Shown one piece after another: positions 24,978 through 36,879 of a stretch of 64,000 nucleotides of DNA. Numbering within the stretch: the stretch's first letter is position 1; each line of letters starts with the position of its first letter. The notes under the pieces are model-generated. The model was not told where the DNA came from. It worked only from the letters and a program-made list of their open reading frames with translations, and made no database searches. Source of the DNA: Octopus sinensis (Eukaryota); contig NC_043005.1 of assembly GCF_006345805.1 (NCBI RefSeq), positions 868,001 to 932,000 on the forward strand, read 5' to 3'. The translations under genes and the position numbers were made by a program.

Positions 24978-26440
24978 CCCTTAACACGACTATTCAATAT
25001 GTCATTGGCGACGGGTGTTATACCTGCAGACTGGAGAACAGCGATAATCTGCCCAATTTTCAAGAAAGGGAGCCGCGAAGACCCGCTTAACTACCGACCG
25101 GTTTCCCTTACATCAATAATCAGCAAGATGTTCGAAACCATCCTTAAGAAAAGTATGATGCTCCACTTCCTAAACACAGCCTCGATCACTGATTCCCAAC
25201 ACGGCTTCGTGCCGAAGAGATCATGCTTGACCAACTTACTAGTAATGGAAGAATTGGTGACGCGCATCCCCGATGATAGTGATGCTGTTGACATCGTTTT
25301 ATTGGACTTTGCCAAAGCTTTTGACTCGGTAAACCACCGCCTACTACTTGTCAAGCTTCAAGCATATAGTTTCCATCCGGATATTGTACGATGGGTTGGT
25401 GCCTTCCTCTCAGATCGCTCCTTCCAAGTTCAAGTTAATGGTTCGCGGTCCGACGTCTCCAGTGCGAGCAGTGGCGTGCCTCAAGGTTCAGTGCTTGGGC
25501 CCTTGTTGTTCTTAGTCTTCATAAATGACTTGCCCGACGACCTCATGCAACACACCCTTCTATTTGCCGACGATATCAAACTGGTCGCTCCTCGCGGTAG
25601 TATAGAGGATCTTCGTCGATGCCTCCAACAAATTTGGAAGTGGTCTAACGATTGGGACCTGTGTCTGAACGTGTCAAAGTGCTGTCATCTGCCTGTCGAC
25701 TCTACTCCTGCAACTCAACTTGATTTCGAGCCGGGTCATCTGCTGCTGGAGAGGACCGATCAGGTAAAGGACCTGGGTATCTTTTCGCCTTCGGCCCAGT
25801 GCGTCCATGCTGCCAACAAAGCGTGCGGAATTCTGTTTTTGATTCGACGGTCATTCGGAATGCTCACAGCAGCCATATTCCTGCCACTCTATGTCACGCT
25901 GGTGAGACCCATATTGGAGTATGGGATTCAAGCCTCTTCTCCTTATCTCCTCAAAGACATACAGCACCTCGAAAGAGTCCAGAGGCTGGCTACCCGCATG
26001 GTTCATGGTCTCAAAAATTTGTCCTACGAAGAAAGGCTGAGGACGCTCGACCTTTATTCTCTTGAAAAACGCCGCCGCCGTGGTGATCTCATTCTCGCCC
26101 ACAACATCATAAGCGGGAAGTGTAACCTCTCGAAAGAGCTGTTCTTCACTCCTGCTCCGGAGTGTCGGCTGCGGGGTCATTCCGAAAAGCTCTACCTGCG
26201 ATGATTTCATCTCAATCGAAGGAGAGGAGCTTTCTCCGTCCGGGTTGCGGATCCGTGGAACAAGCTGCCAGACGAGATGGTGAAGATGCCGACGACCGCT
26301 TTGTTCAAAGCCTCCCTGGACCTCAAGTGGCCTGAACTCTTTACATGAACACCACCCTGTACTTAACTCCATGTCCCCCTACATGGCCTTGCTATTTGCT
26401 TTTGAGCCAAATTAACTAACTAACTAACTAACTAACTAAC
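24978..26440 (+). mobile_element. 5'-truncated CR1-group LINE with (AACT)n tail
   Basis: RT ORF 24999..26204 (NYRPVSLT, DFAKAFD, PQGSVLGP, LFADD); coding continues after the TGA at 26202; TAAC tail at 26412-26440. Confidence 0.9.
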
Positions 26441-26613
26441 AATTGTCTCATCAATAGCTAATGAATGCAATACGAAATCTACTGAATCAGATTTTGGAAA
26501 ATTTTGAATGTGTTTGGTTAATGATTACAATATTACCCGGAAACGAAATCGGAAAAAAAAAAGTGCAACAGGTTTTTAAAAAATATGTATGAAACGAATA
26601 TGAAAACAAAAAT

Positions 26614-27033
26614 GCGCTCAGGAGTGGCTGTGTGGTAATTAGCTTGCTTACCAACCGCATGGTTCCTGGTTCAGTCCCACTGCGTGGCACCTTGGGCAAG
26701 TGTCTTCTACTATAGTCTCGGGCTGACAAAAGCCTTGTGAGTGGATTTGGTAGACAGAAACTGAAAGAAGCCCGTCGTATATATGTATATATATGTATGT
26801 GTATATATATATATATATATGTATGTGTGTATATGTTTGTGTGTCTGTACCCCCAACATCGCTTGACAACTGTTGCTGGTGTGTTTACGTCCCTGTAACT
26901 TAGCGGTTCGGCAAAATAAGACCAATAGAATAGTACTAGGCTTACAAAGAATAAGTCCTGGGGTCAATTTGCTCAACTAAAGGCGGTGCTCCAGCATGGC
27001 CACAGTCAAATGACTGAAACAAGTAAAAGAGTA
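26614..27033 (+). mobile_element. tRNA-derived SINE, full length
   Basis: Box A/B-like head, central (TA/TG)n, tail GGTGCTCCAGCATGGCC...AACAAGTAAAAGAGTA. Confidence 0.85.
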
Positions 27034-27879
27034 CAAAGCAACGGTGGGGTGAGGACTTTCGCAAAATTCTGATAACATTTTTCTAACAAATCATACCATG
27101 TCTATTGAAGAGGCCAAAAGTCAACAATGTGTTGAAGTATTGAATCAAAAGATTCTAACCCTTTTAATCCAATCTCTTGTCACCACATGAAATCAGTTTT
27201 TTAGTGGGGAGATGACCCAATTTTTTAATGGGGTGACATAACCAAAAAGTATTTTTATTTTTGTTCGTTGAATGAATTCCAGTAACCGGTTAATGTTTAC
27301 TTTATTACCCAGTCATGGAAACAAAAAAAGAAAAAATAGTGCAACGGGTGTCAAAAAAAATGTGTATGAAACGAATATGAAAACAAAAATGTGCGGGGGT
27401 GGGGAGAGGACTTTCGGAAAGTTCACAAAATCCGATTTTTTCCTCCATAACTTTGAGGAAAATGGATATCCATTCATGAAATTTTATATAAATACCTTTC
27501 AAATGGCATACATTAATGGTTAAAAAGAAATTTGTGGTGAAAATCTTTTCCGAGACGTGGGGAGAGGACTTTCAGAAAATTCACAAGATCCTATTTTTAT
27601 CCTTATGGCATTAGGAAGGGCATCCAGCTGTAGAAACTTTGCCAGATCAGACTGAAGCCTGGTGCAGCTTTCTGGGGTGCCAGCCCTCAGTGAAACCGTC
27701 CAATCAATGCCAGTATGGAAAGAGGATGTTAAACGACAATAATGATGATCTTTGAGGAAAATGGATATCTTTTGATGAAATTCTTTATAAATACCTTTCA
27801 AACGGCAGACATTAGGGTTTTTAGCATATCTCATGACCGTCTGATACCTTCCTTATTTGTTCAATATTTTCTGTTAATT

Positions 27880-28032
27880 TTTATGTTCTGAGTTCAAATT
27901 CCACCGAGATCAACTTTACCTTTCATCCTTTTGGGGTTGATAAATTAAGTACCAGTTGCGTACTGGGCTCGATCTAATCAACTGCATCCCTCCCCAAAAA
28001 TTTCGGGATTTGTGCCTAGAGTAGAAAAGAAT
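27880..28032 (+). mobile_element. Partial SINE of a second family
   Basis: GAGTTCAAATTCC...CTTTCATCCTTTTGGGGTTGATAAATTAAGTACCAG, shared with 61431-61665. Confidence 0.7.
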
Positions 28033-29868
28033 ATTTTTGGTTAATTACTCCAATTTCTCTCAGTCACCAATAAGCAAGTTAACAAGTCTAATGGGTGTAG
28101 GAAGATCTGTATTGAATGTTGTAAAGTATATAAGCATAGTTGAGGGTAAGAAGAATGTCTTCCAGTATAAAAAAAGGGCGCCATTGGTGAACGGCATCAA
28201 GAACCAGTATACATTCTAACATCAGGAACATGGGTATAGTCTTACAGCTGTCAAAAGAAACTTATGAAGTGGCTGGGCTGATGACATATTGTTTCAGGTA
28301 GCTAGGTCTCATTCCTGGTCGAACAATACACTTTTTCGGGTTTCCTCATAAATGCTCAGTATTTTGAGTGTGAATAGAAAGGTTTGCTGTTTGAAAGGTA
28401 TTTATATAAAATTTCATTAGAAGATATCAAAGTTACGAGGGAAAAAAATTGGACCTTGTGAATTTTCCAAAAGTCCTTTCCCTACCCTCTCAGAAAAGAT
28501 TTCCCTCACAGGTTTCTTTATAAACGTAATGTATGCCATTTGAAAGGTATTTATATAAAATTTCATTAAAAGATATTCATTTTCCTCAAAGTTATGGGGG
28601 AAAAATCCATCATTTTGAATATTCCGAAAGTCCTCTCCCCCCCCCATTGCTCGCATTTTTGTTTTCATATTTGTTTCATACACATTTTTTTTTTAACCCG
28701 TTGCATTATTATTATTATTATTATTATCATTATTATTTTTTGTCTTTGTTTCCGGTAATAAGTGTAAATATTAACCATATCAGTTATCTTTAATTCGATC
28801 AGAAACACTTCTTCTGGATATGCTAATATTTCCTAACAAAGGTTTTCTAGGCATTCTCAACAGTCAGGATACATTCTTTCACAAATTCCCCCATCGCTTT
28901 GTGCTTTTTTAGCAATTATTTTCGCACACTGCACAATTAACCCAAGTTACTGATTCACTTTTAAGAATTGGCCTTTAAAAAATCTTTTCTTTTGGTTAGA
29001 TTTTCTTGCTTACAAAGTGCTCCTCAGTATTATATTTTTTGTGAACAGTGATTTGTTTGTTGCAAATGAGACAAAGGCACTTCTCTATTTCAATTAAAAA
29101 ATAAGGTTCAGTCCATTTCTTATCAAACAAAGCACGTTCATCAACACTTTTTGTTTCTTTTTAGGATTTTTATAACCACTTGCCATATTGATAAGACTAT
29201 CGAAAAAATTGGTTTAACAAAGTTATAAACTGGTGAAACTTATCAATTTCGGAATTTTAGTCATTACTGCTGCCTGGGGAAAACAAAAGCCAACTGACTC
29301 ATATCTTGCATGCATTCAGTGTTGTAAAAAAAATTTAAAATCTGACAAAAATGAAGATATTGTTTGGTTGGGCAATAACTGATAAGATGATGACATGAAA
29401 ATAGTTGCTGTTGACCTTCTTGGCACTGACTGATAGCAAAACTGCAACATCCCTTTTGATGGTTTTGTTTATTTATGAATTGATATCTTAATTTCAATGG
29501 AGTATAAATGTATAAATACCTATAATGGGGATACTTGGAAAACAAAAAGAAAAAAGGAAAAACTTACAAATTTAAAAAAAAAGACGTTTTTCACTGCTTT
29601 TTCAAAAAAATAAAAATATTTTTTTTTATAATTCTGTTCACAAAGCACCAAATTAATAGTTTCAGTTTGTTTTTGATTTTTTAATAGACTTTTAAATATT
29701 TTGCTTATAGATTGACAGAAAGAGGGTGAGTGTCGATTTTGGAGATTTTTTTTTCCCCGTAAAAAACGTGAAAATGAAATAGGGAATGGGGTTCTTAGAT
29801 ATGAATAATTTTTACACAATATCTTCTACAATCCTTTAGCTTCATTTAACAAAAAAATTATTTCACTA

Positions 29869-30260
29869 CTCTTTACTCTTTTCAGTCATTTGACTGCGGC
29901 CATGCTGGAGCACCGCTTTTAGTCGAGCAAATCGACCCCGGGCTTTGTAAGCCCAGTACTTATTCTATCGGTCTCTTTTGCCGAACCGCTAAGTGACGGG
30001 GACGTAAACACACCAGCATCGGTTGTCAAGCAATACTGGGGGACAAACACACACACAAACACACACATACACATACATATATACATATACATATATACGA
30101 CAGGCTTCTTTCAGTTTCCGTCTACCAAATCCACTCGCAAGGCATTGGTCGGCCCGGGGCTATAGCAGAAGACACTTGCCCAAGATGCCACACAGTGGGA
30201 CTGAACCTGGAACCATGTGGTTGGTTAGCAAGCTACTTACCACATAGCCACTCCTGCGCC
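29869..30260 (-). mobile_element. tRNA-derived SINE, full length
   Basis: Reverse complement of the 26614 family. Confidence 0.85.
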
Positions 30261-30500
30261 TATGCAATCTATTTTTAGTTTTCTCACCTTGAGTGTAGTT
30301 GAGTCTCAAGGAAGTGGTACAACCCTAGCAATATGTGTTTTACAGTGAAAACAAAATTTCCATTCAAATGGCAACTACTGGACAATTTCTGTTTGGGTTT
30401 GACCGTTATAAGTCATAGTGGAAACATGACCTATGTCGCAAATAGACGTACGAGTTTTGTATAAATTTTATAATTGAAAAACTTAGTATATTTCGTAGTA

Positions 30501-30894
30501 TGTGCAGGAGTGACTGTGTGGTGATTAGCTTGTTTACCAACCACATGGTTCCGGGTTCAGTTCCACTGCGTGACACCGTGGGCAAGTGTCTTCTACTATA
30601 GCATTGGGCCGACCAAAGCCTTGTGAGTGTATTTGGTAGACGGAAACCGAAAGAAGTCCGTCATATATATATGTATGTGTGTGTGTTCATGTCTGTTTGT
30701 GTCCCCAACATCGCTTTACAACTGATGCTGGGGTGTTTACGTCCCCGTAACTTAGCAGTTCGGCAAAAGAGACTGATACAAATTAGTACTAGGCTTACAA
30801 AGAATAAGTCCTAGGGTCGATTTGCTCGACTAAAGATGGTGCTCCAGCATGGCTGCAGTCAAATAACTGAAACAAATAAAAGAATAAAAAAGAA
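30501..30894 (+). mobile_element. tRNA-derived SINE, full length
   Basis: Same family as 26614; forms an inverted pair with 29869-30260. Confidence 0.85.
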
Positions 30895-31803
30895 TATGAG
30901 TATCTCAGCCTGCGGATGCAATAGTGTGGGCTTGCAGGTACAATTGTACTCGCAGGCAGGGGTTTTTCCACCCCCCTTCTCAACAGGGACCGCTTGTGTG
31001 TGTATGAGAATGTGCACGTGTTTATATGCATCTTCATATTGACACAATTTATGGAATGTCAGTATTTGTTTATGTCCCACATAAGACTGGAGCCTGGTGC
31101 AGCCATCTGGTTCGCCAGCCCACAGTCAAAACCGTCCAACCCATGCTAGCATGGAAAGCGGACGTTAAACAATGATGATGATGATGATAAACGCGTCTGG
31201 CAGTTATGCAGTTTTGATATATTCAGATGAGTGGAATAATATGCCTTGAAAAAATAAAAATATGTAAGTGTTGGCACCAAGAAGGGTTAGGGTTAGCTGT
31301 TGAATACTTTCTCAAGAAGTTTCCTGCAAATCATATCAGCCTGGAAAACACTTGTAAAACCAATTATGATGCCAAGATTTTGTTATTCTTCTGAACAGGA
31401 CACTCAATTCTGTAATTGTCTCCGATAAATTACCTTTATGAAACAAGTATCAGGTGTTCACCTACTTGGAGTAGATCAGTTTAGTTTAGACCATAGCCTA
31501 TGGGGGGGGGGGGATCTGAAACATTGGCTGTTGCTGTGTAAAAAAATACAAGAGGAAAACTTATATTTAATCAATTTAATCCCCTGATTAAGTTCATAGC
31601 TTTGGGTTCCTTGTAACTTGTAATGACCTCTTTATATTTTCAAGTATATTTCACTATAGACTACCATTCTGACTATGGCTGATATCTGTAGATATCAGTG
31701 GATTAACATGGTTTCCATTTTTAATGTTCTTTTTCCTATTTTGTATTTCTCCAGAATTGTTACTAAATAGTTAAGGAAGTCCAGTCTATTATTTACATCT
31801 TCT

Positions 31804-32238
31804 ATGGACAACACAACCATCACTACTTCACCACCTGTTGCTAATACAACTGATCTCCTCACCACTGCTGCTCTTACAGATATTAATATTACTGCAACCA
31901 CTGTGAGTATCAATAATATTGAAACTTTTCAAGATTCTGATGAAGATGTCAAACTCTTTGACTTGAAGAGAAAGTTACACTCTGAAGGCTGTAAGTCAAA
32001 CCACATGACAGATACTAAATATTTAGAAACTAATGGATTACTCCTAGAATTCCACAGCAAAGCAAAGAAGAGGAGGGGCCGAAAACCGAAAATGGTGCAC
32101 CCAAAATCATGTGATAGTGAAGGATTGAAGGAAGAAATAGAACAGTGTCTAGAGAAGAAAAAGACAAAAAGTTGTAAAAGAAAATTACACAGCCATCAAA
32201 TCCCTTTAAGCCCCCAGAAAGATCTTGGAAACAAGGCA
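31804..32238 (+). CDS. DNMT3: DNMT3-like gene, coding exon 1 (Thr-rich/basic N-terminus, KKRRGRKPK motif)
   Basis: Polypyrimidine tract and CCAG acceptor at 31754; in-frame TAG at 31768-31770 upstream of ATG 31804; donor GCA|GTAAGT at 32239. 435 nt, phase 0, joins in frame to the PWWP exon. The track ORF 31804..32289 runs on into the intron. Confidence 0.75.
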
Positions 32239-33017
32239 GTAAGTTATTTTACAACAAGGTTGTATTTTGTTTTAAAGTCTTTGAAATAATTTATTTAATA
32301 ACTGAAAGTTGCTGGAAGATTGCTAAGACTGAGCAGATTATCTCGTTATCTGATTAATTTCAAGTGTTTGTTTACAACCAACCTTTTACTTTCAAGAATC
32401 TTGTATTTTTAGACAATCCTTGAATATTGGTTTTGTAGATTAAAAAAAATCTTACCTGTAAGCCTACAGCTAGCATTTTCCTATCTCTATGCTACTAGCT
32501 TCGTCTTCTCTCTGTTTCTTATATATTGCTACTATAAGCTGCTACTCCATTTGTTCTTAGTGTACACATTGCACTCTGCTTGTAAACCCTTTGTCCAATT
32601 CTTTCCTACTCTTGACACTTGCAATTTTCTATAATTCCTTTTTGCCAACATTTTCTTTTCAATTAGTGTCAGTTCAAATATTAACCATTCTAACCTCATC
32701 AAATTTTCTTCTGTTCATGTCCAAAGCAACTTACTTAGAATGGTGGATACTCTTAAATATCATTTGTAAATGAAGAATAAACAATTTTGATGTTGCTAAA
32801 GTATATTTTAGCAACTGAAAAATAACATATTAGAAACATTTTGTTACTAGTGAAAACCTTACAAATGACGGCTGAATAAAATATCCACCCAACATTAAAC
32901 AGCAGAGAAAAATAGATGTTCACTATCAGATATAAATTATATTTTTCTTTCAGATGTTATGGATTCATAGCGGAATGATTTTAAATTTACGTTTAAATGT
33001 TTGTCTCTATTGTCCAG

Positions 33018-33164
33018 TGTTTTCCTGTTGGCAGTGTAATATGGGGTAAATTATCTGGATTCAAACCGTGGCCAGGATTAGTAATAAATCATGAAGACAT
33101 ACAGAAAAAGTCATCTCCATTAACTGTGTGGGTTTTATGGTTTGGTGACTATAAAATCTCAGAG
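33018..33164 (+). CDS. DNMT3: DNMT3-like coding exon 2, PWWP domain (CFPVGSVIWGKLSGFKPWPG...VWVLWFGDYKISE)
   Basis: Acceptor TGTCCAG|, donor GAG|GTATGT, 147 nt, phase 0-0. Matches the DNMT3 PWWP pattern (VWGKxxGFxWWPG...WVMWFGDGKFS). Confidence 0.9.
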
Positions 33165-33560
33165 GTATGTTATCTTCTATTTCATATGTTTAATGTCTGG
33201 CAAGTTAACAAATTTTGTCAGAAATAGATATCTGTCTAATTTATCTGTGTGTGTGTGTGTGTGATTCATATTCTTTAACTGTTGGAAGGACTAGGTGGAC
33301 TGTAACCAAGGATGCCTGCTGCATCAAATACAATTAGTAAAGTAAATGCTTGTAAACTTAGTCTCACATGCTCTCCTCTTTGGTGCATTTGTTTCTTTTT
33401 CTAACCTGAAAGTTCACTGGTGATTAGTGAGTCTACTGTTTTTTGCCTGTAAAATAGTGTCCAATTAATATCTGGTCATTGTGTGTGCCTGTGGTATGGT
33501 GTGCCTGTGTGTATGTACACAACACACACACACACTTGAGGTTTTTCTTTGTAATTTCAG

Positions 33561-33659
33561 TTACCACTTTCTAAAGTGACTCGTTTTGACCAGTACTTTT
33601 ATTTGAATTATAAGAATCCTTCCAAAGTGTTCAGTGTGGCTGTTACAGAAGCTCTAGAG
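33561..33659 (+). CDS. DNMT3: DNMT3-like coding exon 3, PWWP helical part (LPLSKVTRFDQYFYLNYKNPSKVFSVAVTEALE)
   Basis: Acceptor TTTCAG|, donor GAG|GTAAGT, 99 nt, phase 0-0. The end resembles DNMT3A/B KAIYEVLQ / KAMYHALE. Confidence 0.85.
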
Positions 33660-34199
33660 GTAAGTGTACTGTGAGTTGTTGCTTTATTTATTTGTGTATA
33701 ATGCACAAATGCTTGGAAAAAATATCTTTTATAATATTCACTTACTGCTCTTTAGTGTTGTGATGTATGGAGAAAAAACCCAAAAGATTCATATTTATTA
33801 TAACTGCAATATAAAACATACTGTAAAAGTTGATGTAAGCTAAACAAAACAAATTTGAATGATGTTTGAACTTTATTAGTGTTGCTGTGTATCACTAAAC
33901 TATCTGAATCGAAAATATTGAAACCCCTATGATATAAGACTATATAAGCAGCAACATGTTTATATTTCATTAGTGTTTGAAAATGATGTTATGCTAATAG
34001 AAGTTTCTTTTTGATACTGTGGTTCTGGTCATTTCTCAGTCAATTTTACTAATTGGCAACTGAATTTCCCCCAAGTAGATATATGTGAACCAGTGAAACC
34101 TCTACATGGTTACCAGATATGTTACAAAAAGCAGCTGAATCTCCCTAAAATTACAACCTTCTGTCTCGAAACAATGAGCAAGACCTCAGCATATTAGAA

Positions 34200-35740
34200 A
34201 TGGTATCTGGACAAAATCCCCTGAAGAGGACAAAATCCCCTGGTGGTCAATATTACACCTCAGGAATATTGATGAATTACCTTGTTTGTTATAAACTGAT
34301 GAATTGCCTGTTTTTTTTAAAAATCTTACTTTTTATTAAAACAGTAGTACAGTCGCTTGCTTGTTTTATTTTTTTATGGCTTATACAGTTGTCCTCAGGG
34401 TGGTGAGGAATTTTTTTAATATAAACCTACTTAACTTCCACCCATAGAAGATGGAGCTTGTGAAGAGTAACAAAGGAAAGTTGAAATTATTTCAAGAGGG
34501 ATATATTTATGTAAAGCAGAAAGATTTGGCAAATGGTATGTTATCTTAGGAATGTGAATGATGGAGGTCTAAGGCATCCTGTAAAGCAAATGTAAAAACG
34601 TGGAAAGGTGAGATTATTAAACCATTTCACAGTCAAACACCAGATACACTGAAGTGTGAAGCTGCAAAAGTGTCTCAAGAAATTAAAAAATGTGCATCAG
34701 AAACTGGAGAGAGTCTACAACAAATTATTGCCAAAGCTGGTATAGGAAGAGGTAGCTACAAAAATACCTTCCCTTCAGATCCTTCAACGAGATGTATGAT
34801 GCTATAAACAGAAAGAAAGGAACTATTTACCATTGCCATCATATGCTAAAGATCTTGTTATACGTGAAAACTGTAAAAACAGCCAATGGTAAAAAATTTT
34901 TGTTGCATGAAAATTTGATGACAAGAGGATTTTGATATTTGAAATGGCTAAAAGCATAGAATTTCTAAAAAATTCTCTTTGGTGTTTTAATGGAACACTT
35001 AAAGTAGCTTCTGAAGTTTTTAGCCACTTTTATACGATTCATGCCATAGTAGATCAACACACTATACCCTGTACCTATGCATTCTTGCCGGATAAGACTC
35101 AGATAACTTATAACAAATCAATACAGGAATTAAAGAACTTAACAAATTGCACCCCCTGTGACTGCAATGATAGATTTTGAAAAAGCAATGCTGAATACTT
35201 TATTTGTGCACTTTCCTGGAAATAATGTTAAAAGTTTCTTCTTTCATTTGTGTCAAAAATTATATAAGAAAATGCAAGAGTTTGGCTTTCAAAAGCATTA
35301 TCAAGACAATATTGAATTTTCTCTCAAAATAAGGATGGTAGCAACCCTTGTCTTCATACTCATTGAATCTGTTCAGGCAGCTTTTGAAGAGATCTTTGAT
35401 ATTATGCCAGAAGAAGCTTTGCCAGTTTTGGATTACTGTGGAGATAATTGTATGTCAACGAGGATGCCAAGAACCAACATTTAGCCTGTCATTTTGGAAT
35501 ATGCTCACAAGAACAAACACTGAACTTCATTGTTTGAATAATTCTATCAAAGGATGGCACCGGCACTTTGTATCATTTGCTGGGTGTTCCCATCTAGTCA
35601 TCATGAAGTTTATGATTATTTTAGGATGAGGAATTAACTTTCAAAATGTTCAGATGACTCCGATTATTGCTGGTGTCACAACTGAACCACCGCAAAAGAA
35701 ATATCGGTTGTGCAAAAATACCAGGAAAAACATCTTGTCT
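34200..35740 (+). mobile_element. Degraded Mutator-like (MULE, FLYWCH-type) transposon in DNMT3 intron 3
   Basis: MELVKSNKGK...GYIYVKQK, WCFNGTLK..FYTIH, DFEKAM..FHLCQ, NNSIKGWHRHF; GGACAAAATCCCC repeats at about 34208-34240. Confidence 0.75.
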
Positions 35741-36669
35741 TTCGGGTCTGGAATACTCCCATTACTCTCTAGGGAGCCATGGGAGTATTTGAGTTTAGAA
35801 CTACAAGATAGTTAAATACTGGTCAATATGTGCCTTTGAAGATGTGTGGAATATGAGATTACTTACTTGAAAAACAAATTTTATTGACAAGAAAGGTATC
35901 CAGCTGTAATATTGTATTTGTCTAAGCTATGCTGACGTAGAAACATGGATGTAAAAATGAATGGAAACAAACTTAGAAATGAGTAAGAGTTGGCAGCTAG
36001 CTGTAGAATACTACTTCAACAAAGTCTCACCCAGCCCATGCCGGCATAGGAAGCTTGGACAGAAAAAACAATGGTGAGGATGTTGATTGCTTTTCTAAAA
36101 TGTTCCTACTCTGCAAATAATTGCATGAGTGAGTTTTACAGCATGGTTTCCAATCAAAATGAAATCCACCATACCTTGAGCATTGTATATCTTTGGTGCT
36201 GGAACTGAAATATGATATGTCTGTGGATTCATGCTAAATTGTTAGCAAGCCAATAGCTGAACACAACCAATAACAATGTCATTGGCATAAACATCATTAC
36301 CAAAAATACTGACTTCAATATTGATCCCCATTATCATTATCAACACTATCTAGCCTCTGCTGTCAGCATCAACCTATGATTACATGAACGGATGAGGTTG
36401 CTTGGCTTGCTACAAATAGCAGCCAAATTTCACTCAAATTAGATCCTACCATCTTAAAACAAGAAGGGAGAACACATTGGGTAATATGAAATGTAGTCCT
36501 AGATAACTCTTGTTTGAAAAAGAAAATAATGGAGGAGAGAGAGTCACATCTGGATTCTTTTGAACATGATTTACCTTAATCAAATCTGACCTGAAAACAT
36601 AAACACCAGCTTCCCCCTCCCCTCTTTCTCTCTTTCTTTCTGGTTGAAACTGATGTTTTTGTATTCCAG

Positions 36670-36790
36670 GTATGTGCACAGCGTAGTGGTTTGAAACAAG
36701 ATGAACTTAGCTCAGAACATTTGTTTAACTGGGCAAAACACCGTTTTATGGAAATGGTTGAGGATAAAGATCCATTTCTACCTTTGAAAG
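36670..36790 (+). CDS. DNMT3: DNMT3-like coding exon 4 (VCAQRSGL...LFNWAKHRF...PLK)
   Basis: Acceptor TTCCAG|, donor AAG|GTCAGG, 121 nt, phase 0-1. VCAQRSG and the W-A-x3-F motif parallel DNMT3A VASSRAG and WALGGF. Confidence 0.8.
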
Positions 36791-36879
36791 GTCAGGTTTG
36801 TTCACTTTTGCATTTTAGAATCACCTGAAATGTTAACATAATTTTTCTCCATCTTACTATTTGTTGTATGTGGATCAAG

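Larger units (their letters stand above)
26522..28770. mobile_element. Long-inverted-repeat element flanked by TTAA, containing SINEs and an RTE tail
   Basis: TTAA at 26518-26521 and 28771-28774; degenerate terminal IRs; 27300-27800 pairs with the reverse complement of 28380-28760. Confidence 0.6.
18830..29870 (-). mobile_element. hAT (Charlie/SPIN/GTF2IRD2-like) transposon in four pieces: 28775-~29870, 26441-26521, 24391-24977, 18830-19795
   Basis: Motifs in order: LICNKQ/DGEFVKEC N-terminus, SLAIDE, NTAQIAIF, ATDGAPSMVG, EVRWLS, DLAFLVD|IISHLNNLNLRLQG, TYQCEQIF dimerisation domain. Candidate TIR CAGGGGTGGG at 18830; the partner TIR was not found and the right boundary is approximate. Confidence 0.85.

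Noticed and set aside
26614-26690. tRNA genes at SINE heads (also 3502, 30501, 61431)
   Set aside because: Only box A/B-like similarity, no full cloverleaf, and each continues into a SINE body.
31284-31296. Telomeric or interstitial telomere repeat
   Set aside because: Only two TTAGGG-like units; chance or MITE-derived.
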